A stretch of DNA of 46,909 nucleotides from Acidobacteriota bacterium (lineage in GTDB: Bacteria > Acidobacteriota > Thermoanaerobaculia > Multivoradales > JAHEKO01), in NCBI GenBank assembly GCA_030597375.1, contig JAUVRX010000003.1, positions 1-46,909 on the forward strand. Reading direction: 5' to 3'. Made by a program: the position numbers and the translations under genes. How positions within the stretch are numbered: position 1 is the first letter of the stretch; each line of letters starts with the position of its first letter. The notes beneath the pieces were generated by a model. It was not told the DNA's origin, made no database searches, and worked only from the letters and a program-made list of their open reading frames with translations. Positions 37,079-45,492 of the stretch are shown in pieces.

Positions 37079-38236
37079 CTAGCCACTTTCCGCGCTGTGC
37101 TCATCTCGATTCTCGAGCTGCGAGAGCGCCGCCTCGATCTCCCGACGAACGTCGGACTCGGATTCGGCCCCCTGTCGAGCCTCCAGACCAGCGCGAGCCT
37201 CATCTCCACCAATCTGTCCTAGAGCCCATGCAACGTGAAGGCGTACCAGCTCGCTACCCTCTTGTAGGGCCTCCAGAAGGGCGGGTACATATCGGCGGTT
37301 CCCCGAGTTTCCCATCGCCACAGCCGCGTTTCTCTGCAGGCCTTCCTGTTTGGCCCGCTTCATTGGGCTGCCTCGAAACCGCTCGATATATTGTTGCCGG
37401 TCGATTCGTAGCAAACCGGCCAGATCCAGCTCTGCCCTCTTCGAAGGCAGGTGCATTTCCGGATGATGGACCTCGATGGCGGTGCCATTCCAGGGGCAGG
37501 CCTCCTGGCACAGATCGCAGCCGAAGACCCAGCCGCCCATCTGATGGCGTATCTCCTGAGGAAACGCTCCTCGATGCTCGATTGTCCAGTAGCTGATGCA
37601 CCGATTGGCATCCAACCGGTACGGCTCCGGCAACGCACCGGTTGGACATGCCTCCAGGCACTGCGTGCAGCTGCCGCAGAGGTCAGCGATGGCGACATCC
37701 GGATCCAGTTCCAGGCTCAAGAAGAGCTCACCCAGTAGAAGCCATGAGCCGGACTCTTCGTTCAACAGCATGGTGTTCTTTCCGAAGGCCCCCAGGCCGG
37801 CGCGGGTTGCGAGCTCGCGCTCCAGCACCGGTCCGGTATCGACATAGGCTCTCGTCGAGCACTCAGGAAAGACGTCACGGACTCTCTCCGCGAGCCGATC
37901 CAGCCGGCCCTTCATCAGATCGTGGTAGTCGACTCCTCGAGCATAGCGAGCTACACATGGCCATAAGTCCCCATCGACCGTTCGCTCACCGCTGAGCGGG
38001 CTGTACTGAAGCGCCACGCAGACCGCGCTACGAGCACCTGGAAAGATCTCTCTCGGGTCGACACGCAGCCCGGTGCGCCGGTTCATATAGGCCATTGCCG
38101 CGTGGTTGCCCTCATCCAACCAGCGCAGGACCGCCTGTCGTTGGGATGAAGGCTCCAACCTGGCAATACCGGCTCGATCGAATCCCACTTCCAGAGCCCA
38201 GCTCCGAAGCAGGTCGGCTGTACTCTCAGACTGCAC
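37079..38236 (-). CDS. queG: Epoxyqueuosine reductase
   Basis: VARYARGVDYH, VDTGPVLER, CGSCTQCLEACPTGA, CISYWTIE, FGCDLCQEACPWN, C-terminal HEAT repeats. Confidence 0.96.
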   Translation of the reverse strand: MQSESTADLLRSWALEVGFDRAGIARLEPSSQRQAVLRWLDEGNHAAMAYMNRRTGLRVDPREIFPGARSAVCVALQYSPLSGERTVDGDLWPCVARYARGVDYHDLMKGRLDRLAERVRDVFPECSTRAYVDTGPVLERELATRAGLGAFGKNTMLLNEESGSWLLLGELFLSLELDPDVAIADLCGSCTQCLEACPTGALPEPYRLDANRCISYWTIEHRGAFPQEIRHQMGGWVFGCDLCQEACPWNGTAIEVHHPEMHLPSKRAELDLAGLLRIDRQQYIERFRGSPMKRAKQEGLQRNAAVAMGNSGNRRYVPALLEALQEGSELVRLHVAWALGQIGGDEARAGLEARQGAESESDVRREIEAALSQLENRDEHSAESG

Positions 38237-38522
38237 GACCCGTCATTCTAGCCGTACCAGATCCCTCTTCGGGCGTCATCAGGATATTTGGTGGGTCACG
38301 GCAAGTTCGAGTAGACTGTATGGGATTCGACGTACCCAGGCGGGTACGGCCTGTCATTCCAACCGGTCGTCCGCTCGGGCCAGTTTCGGCAGCTCCGAAC
38401 TGAGGACACACCAGAAAACTCGAGGCCCCAACGAATGGGTCCTTGTTCGGGAACCGCCGCAGAAGCGAGCCTGACGGGCAACCGAACCGTTCACACTCTG
38501 ACCTGATCAGGAGATCTGGCAC

Positions 38523-39629
38523 ATGGAGCTTTTCGAACGACTCGAGGACATGGGACACGAGCGCGTACTTCTGTGCTCGAATCCCGAAGTAGGACTGAAG
38601 GCCATTATCGCCGTCCATTCCACCACCCTCGGCCCGGGCCTCGGAGGCCTCAGGATGTGGCCCTTCAAGGACTTCGAAGAGGCCCTCACCGATGTTCTCC
38701 GCCTATCCCGGGGTATGACCTACAAGGCGGCTGCAGCGGGTCTTCACCTCGGCGGCGGCAAGGCGGTCATCATCGGCGACCCGAAGTCCGACAAGAGCGA
38801 GGCGCTCTTCCGCTGCTTCGGTCGCTACGTCGAGTCCCTGAACGGTCTCTACATCACCGCGGAGGATGTGGGTACTGACATGGAGGACATGGAGGTCATC
38901 CTTTCCGAGACCCGCTGGGTTACAGGTGTTTCTCCGGCCCACGGTGGCAGTGGCGATCCATCGCCGGTGACCGCCTACGGTGTGCTGCAGGGAATCAAGG
39001 CTGCCGCCAACTGGAAGAATGACGAGCCCTCTCTCAAGGGTATGACCGTAGCCGTTCAGGGAGTCGGAAACGTCGGCTACTACCTGGCCAAGTACCTCAC
39101 GGATGAAGGCGCCAAGGTCATCGGAGCCGACATCGACCCGGAAAGGACGGCCAGGGCCGAGAGTGATCTGGGGATCGAAGTCGTTTCACCGCAAGAGATC
39201 ATGGAAGTGGACTGCGATGTACTGGCACCCTGCGCGCTCGGGGCCGGCCTCAACCAGGAGTCCATCCCCAAGCTGCGCTGCAGCATCGTGGCTGGCGGCG
39301 CCAACAACCAGCTACACAACGAAGAAGTCGACGGCGTCGCGCTTCACGAGCAAGACATCCTCTATGCCCCTGATTTCGTCATCAACGCCGGTGGACTGAT
39401 CAATGTCTACAACGAACTGACGGGCGAATACAACCAGGAGAGAGCGTTGCGCATGACCCGCGGCATCTACCTGAACCTGATGCGGGTCTTCCAGATCTCC
39501 AAGGAAGAAAAGGTACCGACCTACGTCGCTGCGGATCGCATGGCCGAGGAACGGATCGCCACCATCAGGAAGCTCGGCTCCCGCCATTGGGGCCGCTTCA
39601 TCAGCAACCACAAGCCCGAGGCAGGTTGA
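38523..39629 (+). CDS. Glu/Leu/Phe/Val dehydrogenase (leucine/valine dehydrogenase-like)
   Basis: LRLSRGMTYK, GGGKAVI, TAEDVGT, GDPSPVTAYG, QGVGNVG, GGANNQL, PDFVINAGG. Confidence 0.94.
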   Translation: MELFERLEDMGHERVLLCSNPEVGLKAIIAVHSTTLGPGLGGLRMWPFKDFEEALTDVLRLSRGMTYKAAAAGLHLGGGKAVIIGDPKSDKSEALFRCFGRYVESLNGLYITAEDVGTDMEDMEVILSETRWVTGVSPAHGGSGDPSPVTAYGVLQGIKAAANWKNDEPSLKGMTVAVQGVGNVGYYLAKYLTDEGAKVIGADIDPERTARAESDLGIEVVSPQEIMEVDCDVLAPCALGAGLNQESIPKLRCSIVAGGANNQLHNEEVDGVALHEQDILYAPDFVINAGGLINVYNELTGEYNQERALRMTRGIYLNLMRVFQISKEEKVPTYVAADRMAEERIATIRKLGSRHWGRFISNHKPEAG

Positions 39630-39705
39630 GAATCAAACACTCGAGTTGAAATAGGAGTCCGTCCGAGGGCCGCTCAGGCACTATGCGTTTGAACGTTTCA
39701 GTCCA

Positions 39706-40401
39706 CTAGGCCGGACTCTTCATGAGCCGCTGCTGGATCTCTTCCAGGATTACCTGGACCACTTCCTCAATCGACCGAGAGCCGGTGTCTACCACCCGGT
39801 AGCTGCTATCCAGGGTCAGGGGTGATTCGGCCCTGGTGGAATCCCGCTCGTCCCGCTGGCCTACCTCGCGCATCAGCTCGTCTGCGCTCAGATTCGACTG
39901 GCCGGACTCCTGGAGTTGCTTGAAGCGGCGACGAACTCTCGTTTCCAACGGCGCCTGCAAGAAGAATTTGTAGGGCGTGTGGGGGAAGACCTTGGTGCCG
40001 ATGTCACGCCCCTCCACCACAGCCCCTCTCGACTCGGCGAATGAGCGCTGGTGTTCCACCATGATCCGGCGGACCCTCGGATACGCCGAAATAGCTGAAG
40101 TGATCTCCGAGATCCGCGGCTGCCGTGCTCGATCCCCCAGATGCCTGCCGTCCAGGAGCACCTCGACGGTGCCGTTTTCTTCACGGCGCAGCTCGAGATC
40201 CAGATCGGCAGCCAACTCCTCTACCTTCGACTGATTCACGGGATCGACACCCAGTTGATCGACCTTGAGGCCCAAAGCCCGATACATCGCCCCAGTCTCG
40301 AGATAGGGCACATCCAGCGCCACCGCCAATCGGCGGGCTACTGTGGTCTTGCCCACCCCGGAAGTACCATCGATGGCCACGATCAGCGGCTCGCCCTTCA
40401 T
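39706..40401 (-). CDS. cmk: Cytidylate kinase
   Basis: IDGTSGVGKTT, TGAMYR, VEGRDIGT, RDERDSTR..SPL. Confidence 0.96.
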   Translation of the reverse strand: MKGEPLIVAIDGTSGVGKTTVARRLAVALDVPYLETGAMYRALGLKVDQLGVDPVNQSKVEELAADLDLELRREENGTVEVLLDGRHLGDRARQPRISEITSAISAYPRVRRIMVEHQRSFAESRGAVVEGRDIGTKVFPHTPYKFFLQAPLETRVRRRFKQLQESGQSNLSADELMREVGQRDERDSTRAESPLTLDSSYRVVDTGSRSIEEVVQVILEEIQQRLMKSPA

Positions 40402-41189
40402 CGACGTGACCTCCGGTTCGTCCGGCGTCGATTTCCCCGTCCAGCGGTCTTCGGTCGCCGACCGCTCTTCAGTGACTCGACTTCCCGGGTGCTGAGCTCT
40501 CTATAGGATCCGATTGGGAGATCTGGATCCGCGACAGCACCGATTCCGGCACGCACCAGCCGTTGCACCGGGTTGCCGATGCGGAAGAACATCTCGCGAA
40601 TCTGTCGATTCCGCCCCTCCTGAAGCTCCACCACCCACCATGAGTTGGACTCGCCCTTTCCACCCCTGGGGCTCTTCAGCAAGCGGATCTTTGCTGGTGC
40701 GGTCCGTTTGCCGTCCAAGATCACACCTGCTCGCAGCTTGGTGACAGCATCCTCGCTGGGCACGCCCTTCACCTTCACATGGTAGGTCTTCGAGCAACCG
40801 AAACTGGGATGTGCGAGACGATGAGCCAAATCTCCGTCATCTGTCAGGATTATCAACCCTTCGCTGTTGAAGTCGAGCCGGCCTGCGATCACCAGGGACT
40901 TTCGAAGCCTTGGAGGCAGGAGATCGAAGACCGTTGGACGCCCCTGGGGATCGGCCCGTGTGGACATGTAGCCTCTGGGTTTGTACAACAGGAAGTGCGC
41001 GTTCCCCCTGGGTGGTTTGAGGCGACGTCCGTCCACCTTGATGGCGTCACTCAGCGGGTCGGCCTTCTCACCGACCTCTGCGACCCTACCGTTGACGGTG
41101 ACTCGCCCCTCGCGGATCCAATCCTCGGCCTTGCGGCGGGAAGCGATGCCGGCGCGAGAGAGAATACGCTGTAAACGTTCCTGGCTCAC
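40398..41189 (-). CDS. rluB: 23S rRNA pseudouridine synthase (RluB/RsuA family)
   Basis: S4 domain ERLQRILSRAGIASRR, GRLDFNSEGL, EGRNRQIR. Confidence 0.9.
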   Translation of the reverse strand: MSQERLQRILSRAGIASRRKAEDWIREGRVTVNGRVAEVGEKADPLSDAIKVDGRRLKPPRGNAHFLLYKPRGYMSTRADPQGRPTVFDLLPPRLRKSLVIAGRLDFNSEGLIILTDDGDLAHRLAHPSFGCSKTYHVKVKGVPSEDAVTKLRAGVILDGKRTAPAKIRLLKSPRGGKGESNSWWVVELQEGRNRQIREMFFRIGNPVQRLVRAGIGAVADPDLPIGSYRELSTREVESLKSGRRPKTAGRGNRRRTNRRSRR

Positions 41190-41821
41190 GATTCGCCGGG
41201 CTCGATCGGTTCGGCCTCTCCGCCGGGTTCGTCGACGACAGCCTGCCGCTGTTCGACCGGCTGTCCCCCTGGATCGGCCCCATCCGAACCGAAGATCTCC
41301 TCGAACTCCTCCAGGGGAGGAAGGTCCTCCAGAGACTCGAGCCCGAAGTGCATCAGGAACTCCCGGGTGGTTCGGTAGAGAAACGGCTTGCCGACTACCT
41401 TCTTGCGACCGGCGATACGAACCAGCCGCTTCTCCAGAAGAGTCTTCAAGACACCCGCCGGGCTGACTCCCCTGGACTCTTGGATCTCGGGGCCTGTGAT
41501 CGGTTGGCGGTAGGCCACGATCGCCAGCGTCTCCAGAGCCGCCATGGAAAGACGCGTCCTGCCGGAGACCTCGAAGAACTTTCGCAAGTAGCCGTGCAGA
41601 TCAGGTCGGGTCACCAGTCTCAGCCCACCCGCGACCTCCTCGATCTGAATTCCGGCACCAGGTCCACCGCGATATCGATCGACGACCCGATCCAACGCGG
41701 CCGCAACCTCGTCCTGTTCCTGGCTTCCGAAGATCTCCAGAAGCTTCGAACGATCCACCGGTTCGGCTGCAACAAAGAGAACAGCCTCCAGCGCCGCTTC
41801 GATCTCCGAGCGTTCCGTCAT
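41186..41821 (-). CDS. scpB: SMC-Scp complex subunit ScpB
   Basis: LEAVLF, LSMAALETLAIVAYRQPIT, GKPFLYRTTREFL.FGL..L.DLP. Confidence 0.96.
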   Translation of the reverse strand: MTERSEIEAALEAVLFVAAEPVDRSKLLEIFGSQEQDEVAAALDRVVDRYRGGPGAGIQIEEVAGGLRLVTRPDLHGYLRKFFEVSGRTRLSMAALETLAIVAYRQPITGPEIQESRGVSPAGVLKTLLEKRLVRIAGRKKVVGKPFLYRTTREFLMHFGLESLEDLPPLEEFEEIFGSDGADPGGQPVEQRQAVVDEPGGEAEPIEPGES

Positions 41822-42612
41822 CCCTGAATCGCCTCCAACTCGTGAGCCTGGACCTCTTTCGGGGTGCGATAGAGCAAGATTTCTCCCTGCTCGGTTCTGT
41901 GCAGTCGAACCAGATTCAGCCGTGCCAGCTCCAGGATCGCCAGGAACGTCGCTACGGCTTCGGCACGACAGCTGCGGCCTCGCAGATCGGCGAGCAGGTC
42001 GTGCGGGCGATCTCGATCGAGAAGCGACATCAAGCGCTCGAACTGGCTACGCACCGAGAAGCTCTCGCGACGAATGTGCATCGGGTCCGGATGGTCACGG
42101 TCATACCGCGCCAGAACTTCCTTGAGGGCGCCGAGGAGGTCGAACAACGACACCTCTTCCAGTTCCACCGAGTCCTCGGCTTCGACCAGATCGAGCGACT
42201 GCGGCAGACGAGTCCAGAGTCCCTCCCTGAGAGAGTGCAGCTCGCCCAGAGACTGGGCCGCTTCCTTGATCCGCTGATACTCGAGTAGACGCTCCACGAG
42301 CTCTCGGCGAGGATCTTCCTCCGAGCCATCCTCCTCACCGGAGGGTCGCGGTAGGAGCATCCTGGATTTGAGGTGTATGAGGACTGCCGCCTCGTAGATG
42401 TACTCTGCCGCGACGTCGAGGTCGAACACCTCCATCAGGTGGAGGTATTCGTCGAACTGGTCGCAGATCATCACCACGGGAATGTCTTTGATCTCCACCT
42501 CGTTGATCTTGATCAGGTGCAGTAGCAGGTCTAGCGGCCCCTCGAAGACCGGGAGCTGCACCTGCCAGGCTTCCGGCAGACTGGTTCTATCGATGGCTGG
42601 AATGTCCATCAC
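41818..42612 (-). CDS. scpA: Segregation and condensation protein A (kleisin)
   Basis: FEGPLDLLLHLI, KSRMLLP, DPRRELVERLLEY, TFLAILEL. Confidence 0.96.
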   Translation of the reverse strand: MMDIPAIDRTSLPEAWQVQLPVFEGPLDLLLHLIKINEVEIKDIPVVMICDQFDEYLHLMEVFDLDVAAEYIYEAAVLIHLKSRMLLPRPSGEEDGSEEDPRRELVERLLEYQRIKEAAQSLGELHSLREGLWTRLPQSLDLVEAEDSVELEEVSLFDLLGALKEVLARYDRDHPDPMHIRRESFSVRSQFERLMSLLDRDRPHDLLADLRGRSCRAEAVATFLAILELARLNLVRLHRTEQGEILLYRTPKEVQAHELEAIQG

Positions 42613-43625
42613 CGGGTTTTCTCAACGACCTTTCGATAGTTGATCGACAGTGCGGTCCGCACCAGGTCCATGGTTTCCGTAGCCCGCTCTCGAGCTTTAC
42701 CGGAGCCCTCATAGAGGATATCCAACAGGGAGTCCCTGCTCTTCAGCAGCTCCTGCCGCTTGGCTCGGATCGGCTCGAGAAACGAATTGATCTGATCGGC
42801 AATGAGCCGTTTGTCATCGACGCATCCGATCTGAGCCCTTCGACACTCCCTGGCCACCTTCTCCTGGAGCTCGGGAGACGAGAAGAGTCTGTGAAACTGG
42901 TACAGATTGCAGGTCTCGGGGTGCCCCACGTCCTTTCGCCGAAGGCGTTGAGGGTCCGTGAACATCTGATTGCACTTGGCATCGACCTCTTCCGGACTGT
43001 CGGACAGAAGGATGGTGTTGCCATAGGATTTCGACATCTTGCGTCCATCGAGTCCCGGGACCTTCGGGGTCGGCGTGAACAGGGCCTTGGGCTCCGGAAA
43101 GATCTCACCGAAGTAGCTGTTGAATCGGCGACCGATCTCTCTACTCAGCTCGAGGTGGCTCGCCTGGTCCTCGCCGACGGGTACGAAATGAGCCCGATAC
43201 AGCAGTATGTCCGCGGTCTGAAGGACCGGATAGCCGAGAAAACCGTGGGTGGAGAGATCCTTGTTCGACAATTCGCGAATCTGCTCTTTGTAGGTCGGTA
43301 CTCTCTCCAGCCATCCCAACGGAGTAATCATGGAGAGCAAGAGGTGGAGCTCTGCGTGCTCGGGCACCATGGATTGGACAAAAATCACAGAGCGGTCAGG
43401 ATCCAGGCCCGACGCCAGGAGATCGGCGAGCATCTCGAGTGAATGGCCCCCGATCCGCGACGGATCTGCGTAATCGGTAGTCAGGGCATGCCAGTCGGCG
43501 ATGAAATAGAAGCACCGGTAACGGTCCTGCAACTCCACCCAGTTCTTGACGGCTCCGAAGTAGTTACCCAGATGGATTCGGCCCGTCGCCCGCATCCCGG
43601 AAAGAACGACATTCTCGTTGATCAT
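42609..43625 (-). CDS. trpS: Tryptophanyl-tRNA synthetase
   Basis: SGMRATGRIHLGNY, ADWHALT, YPVLQTADIL, VPVGEDQ, KMSKS. Confidence 0.97.
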   Translation of the reverse strand: MINENVVLSGMRATGRIHLGNYFGAVKNWVELQDRYRCFYFIADWHALTTDYADPSRIGGHSLEMLADLLASGLDPDRSVIFVQSMVPEHAELHLLLSMITPLGWLERVPTYKEQIRELSNKDLSTHGFLGYPVLQTADILLYRAHFVPVGEDQASHLELSREIGRRFNSYFGEIFPEPKALFTPTPKVPGLDGRKMSKSYGNTILLSDSPEEVDAKCNQMFTDPQRLRRKDVGHPETCNLYQFHRLFSSPELQEKVARECRRAQIGCVDDKRLIADQINSFLEPIRAKRQELLKSRDSLLDILYEGSGKARERATETMDLVRTALSINYRKVVEKTR

Positions 43626-43717
43626 GGCTCTAGGAACTGGCCTCGGTACTGCTGCTGTTCATGAAGAAAGGGAAGTCCAGTGCCATCACGAGAAGTCCTT
43701 CCCTGCGGCGTCGGGTG

Positions 43718-43723
43718 ATTATA
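43718..43723 (-). promoter_or_regulatory. -10 element (TATAAT) of a probable internal promoter for trpS-scpAB-rluB-cmk
   Basis: Perfect TATAAT on the minus strand in the 140-nt gap; no clear -35. Confidence 0.5.
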
Positions 43724-43765
43724 GGACAGGCCAGGAGGTTGATGGCACCACCAGCGGCCACGGCC

Positions 43766-44275
43766 CTACAAGGGGACTCCAGATCGGTCGCCGGAATCAG
43801 CAGATCGGATGCGCCGGTCCATCTCCCGCATCAGGCGCTCGTTGGCTCCGAGCACCTTCCCCTCGAGCAGCAGCGTCCAGAGCTGGATCGCCAGAGTGAC
43901 GAAGAACAGCAGAGCGTGTACCCACTTGGCAATGACTCCGGTGGCAACTCCTCCCCCGACGATGAAGGTGGCCATGACGGCCCCCATCGCCAGCATGAGC
44001 CAGGGATTGCTGCGATTCTTGAACTCCCGCGTCTGCGCCGCCGGCCCTTCGCCGAAGTCGAGCTCGTTCGCGGCCGACTTGATCGCCTTGCCGGTGCCGA
44101 TGAGATAGAACAGGATCCAAGAGTGGGAGAACAGTATCAACAGGCAGGAGAACAGAGCTACCAGGAGATGCCAGCCGACGGTTCCCTGCTCACCGATTCG
44201 ATAGCCGAGGATCCCTGTCACGACCAGGCCACCTGTGGCAACCCAACCCAACATGAGGAGGGCTCGTCCCATCAT
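43766..44275 (-). CDS. Hypothetical 4-TM membrane protein
   Basis: Four hydrophobic segments with in-membrane His residues; ATGA-coupled to the upstream glycosyltransferase. Confidence 0.8.
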   Translation of the reverse strand: MMGRALLMLGWVATGGLVVTGILGYRIGEQGTVGWHLLVALFSCLLILFSHSWILFYLIGTGKAIKSAANELDFGEGPAAQTREFKNRSNPWLMLAMGAVMATFIVGGGVATGVIAKWVHALLFFVTLAIQLWTLLLEGKVLGANERLMREMDRRIRSADSGDRSGVPL

Positions 44276-45492
44276 GGCGTCGTCTCCTTCTTCAAGGTCA
44301 TCTCGCGGTCCTGCTCGAACACGACCGTAGGCTGGGGTGATTTCGGGTCTGCCACGACTGACGAGTCGAGCAGCTCACACCAGATTCTCGCAGCGTGCTG
44401 CGGCCGCCAAAACTCCTCCAGAGCCAGTTTCCCAGCCTCCCCCCTGCGTCTCGCGGCCAGGGGCTCGTCGAGAACCTCGGACAGGGCCACGCAGAGACCG
44501 CCGACGTCTTCCGGCGGAAACAGCCATCCGGTCTGGCCCGGCCTCACGACTTCCGGCAATCCACTCACATCGCTCGCCACGACTGGAAGCGCCTCCTCCA
44601 TGGCTTCCAGGACAACCAGGGGCATGCCCTCGTAGACAGAAGGGACCACCAGCGCCAGGGCTCGGGACATCAGGCTCCGAACCGTCCCCGCATCACAACC
44701 GCCGAGAAATCGCACCGAGTCACCGAGCCCCAAGCGCCGAGATGTCGCCTCGAGAGAGGCACGATGCTCCCCCTCCCCAGCCACCACGAGTTGGACCTCT
44801 CTGCCGCTTTCTCTGAGGATCGCCACAGCGTTCAGCAGAACCTCCACACCCTTGCGGATCCGCAGGCGACCCACGAAGAGTAGAAATCCCTCCAGTTCCG
44901 GTAGCGGCAGAGAAGAAGTCCCTTGAATGTGGCGACCGCCCATCACGTTGGGCAGCACCAGGACGGGACCGACCTTGTAGTCCCTCTCCACCTCCAGGGC
45001 GGTCTGTCGGCTCGGCGCCAGCACCAGATCGCTCAGCCAGGCGGTGAATGATCCCAGGACTATCTGCAAGGGGGCCTTGAAGAGCCGGAACACCCACTCT
45101 CTCAGGCCGGGCACCCCCAGGATCTGGCCGTCGAATCTGAGGGGACGCACCGCTCTCAACTCCTCCAGGTAACTCACTTGCAGGAGCACCACCAGTCGGG
45201 GGCTCGGTTCCAGCACGGCACTCAAGGTCCTCGTCAGAAAAGCCACCAGAGCACCATCCGATTCATGTACCTGGACGACGTCCGGTTCGAATTGATGTAA
45301 CGCTCTCAGAAAACCAGGAACGATCGCTACCGGGAACAGGAGCTTCGGTCCTCTGGCTCCTCCTGGGCCTCGCCCCAGTACTTCCACCTGATGGCCCATC
45401 GCTTCCAAGCCGGCCGCCAGCTGAAGCACCTGTTCTCCCACGCCGGAGACATCCATGGGGGGCAGGGTGTTGGCGACGAGAAGAACTCTCAC
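44272..45492 (-). CDS. Glycosyltransferase family 4
   Basis: MRVLLVANTLPP..SGVG, FVGRLRIRKG, EGMPLVVLEAM. Confidence 0.92.
   Translation of the reverse strand: MRVLLVANTLPPMDVSGVGEQVLQLAAGLEAMGHQVEVLGRGPGGARGPKLLFPVAIVPGFLRALHQFEPDVVQVHESDGALVAFLTRTLSAVLEPSPRLVVLLQVSYLEELRAVRPLRFDGQILGVPGLREWVFRLFKAPLQIVLGSFTAWLSDLVLAPSRQTALEVERDYKVGPVLVLPNVMGGRHIQGTSSLPLPELEGFLLFVGRLRIRKGVEVLLNAVAILRESGREVQLVVAGEGEHRASLEATSRRLGLGDSVRFLGGCDAGTVRSLMSRALALVVPSVYEGMPLVVLEAMEEALPVVASDVSGLPEVVRPGQTGWLFPPEDVGGLCVALSEVLDEPLAARRRGEAGKLALEEFWRPQHAARIWCELLDSSVVADPKSPQPTVVFEQDREMTLKKETTP

Noticed and set aside
38320-38345. tmRNA-like GGATTCGAC motif
   Set aside because: Lacks the GGGG 5' acceptor strand and any tRNA-like 3' end (TTCGA...CCACCA).
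43626-43715. Trp attenuator or T-box upstream of trpS
   Set aside because: The short ORF (MALDFPFFMNSSSTEASS) has no Trp codons; no T-box motif; only a single modest stem (AGGGAAG/CTTCCCT).
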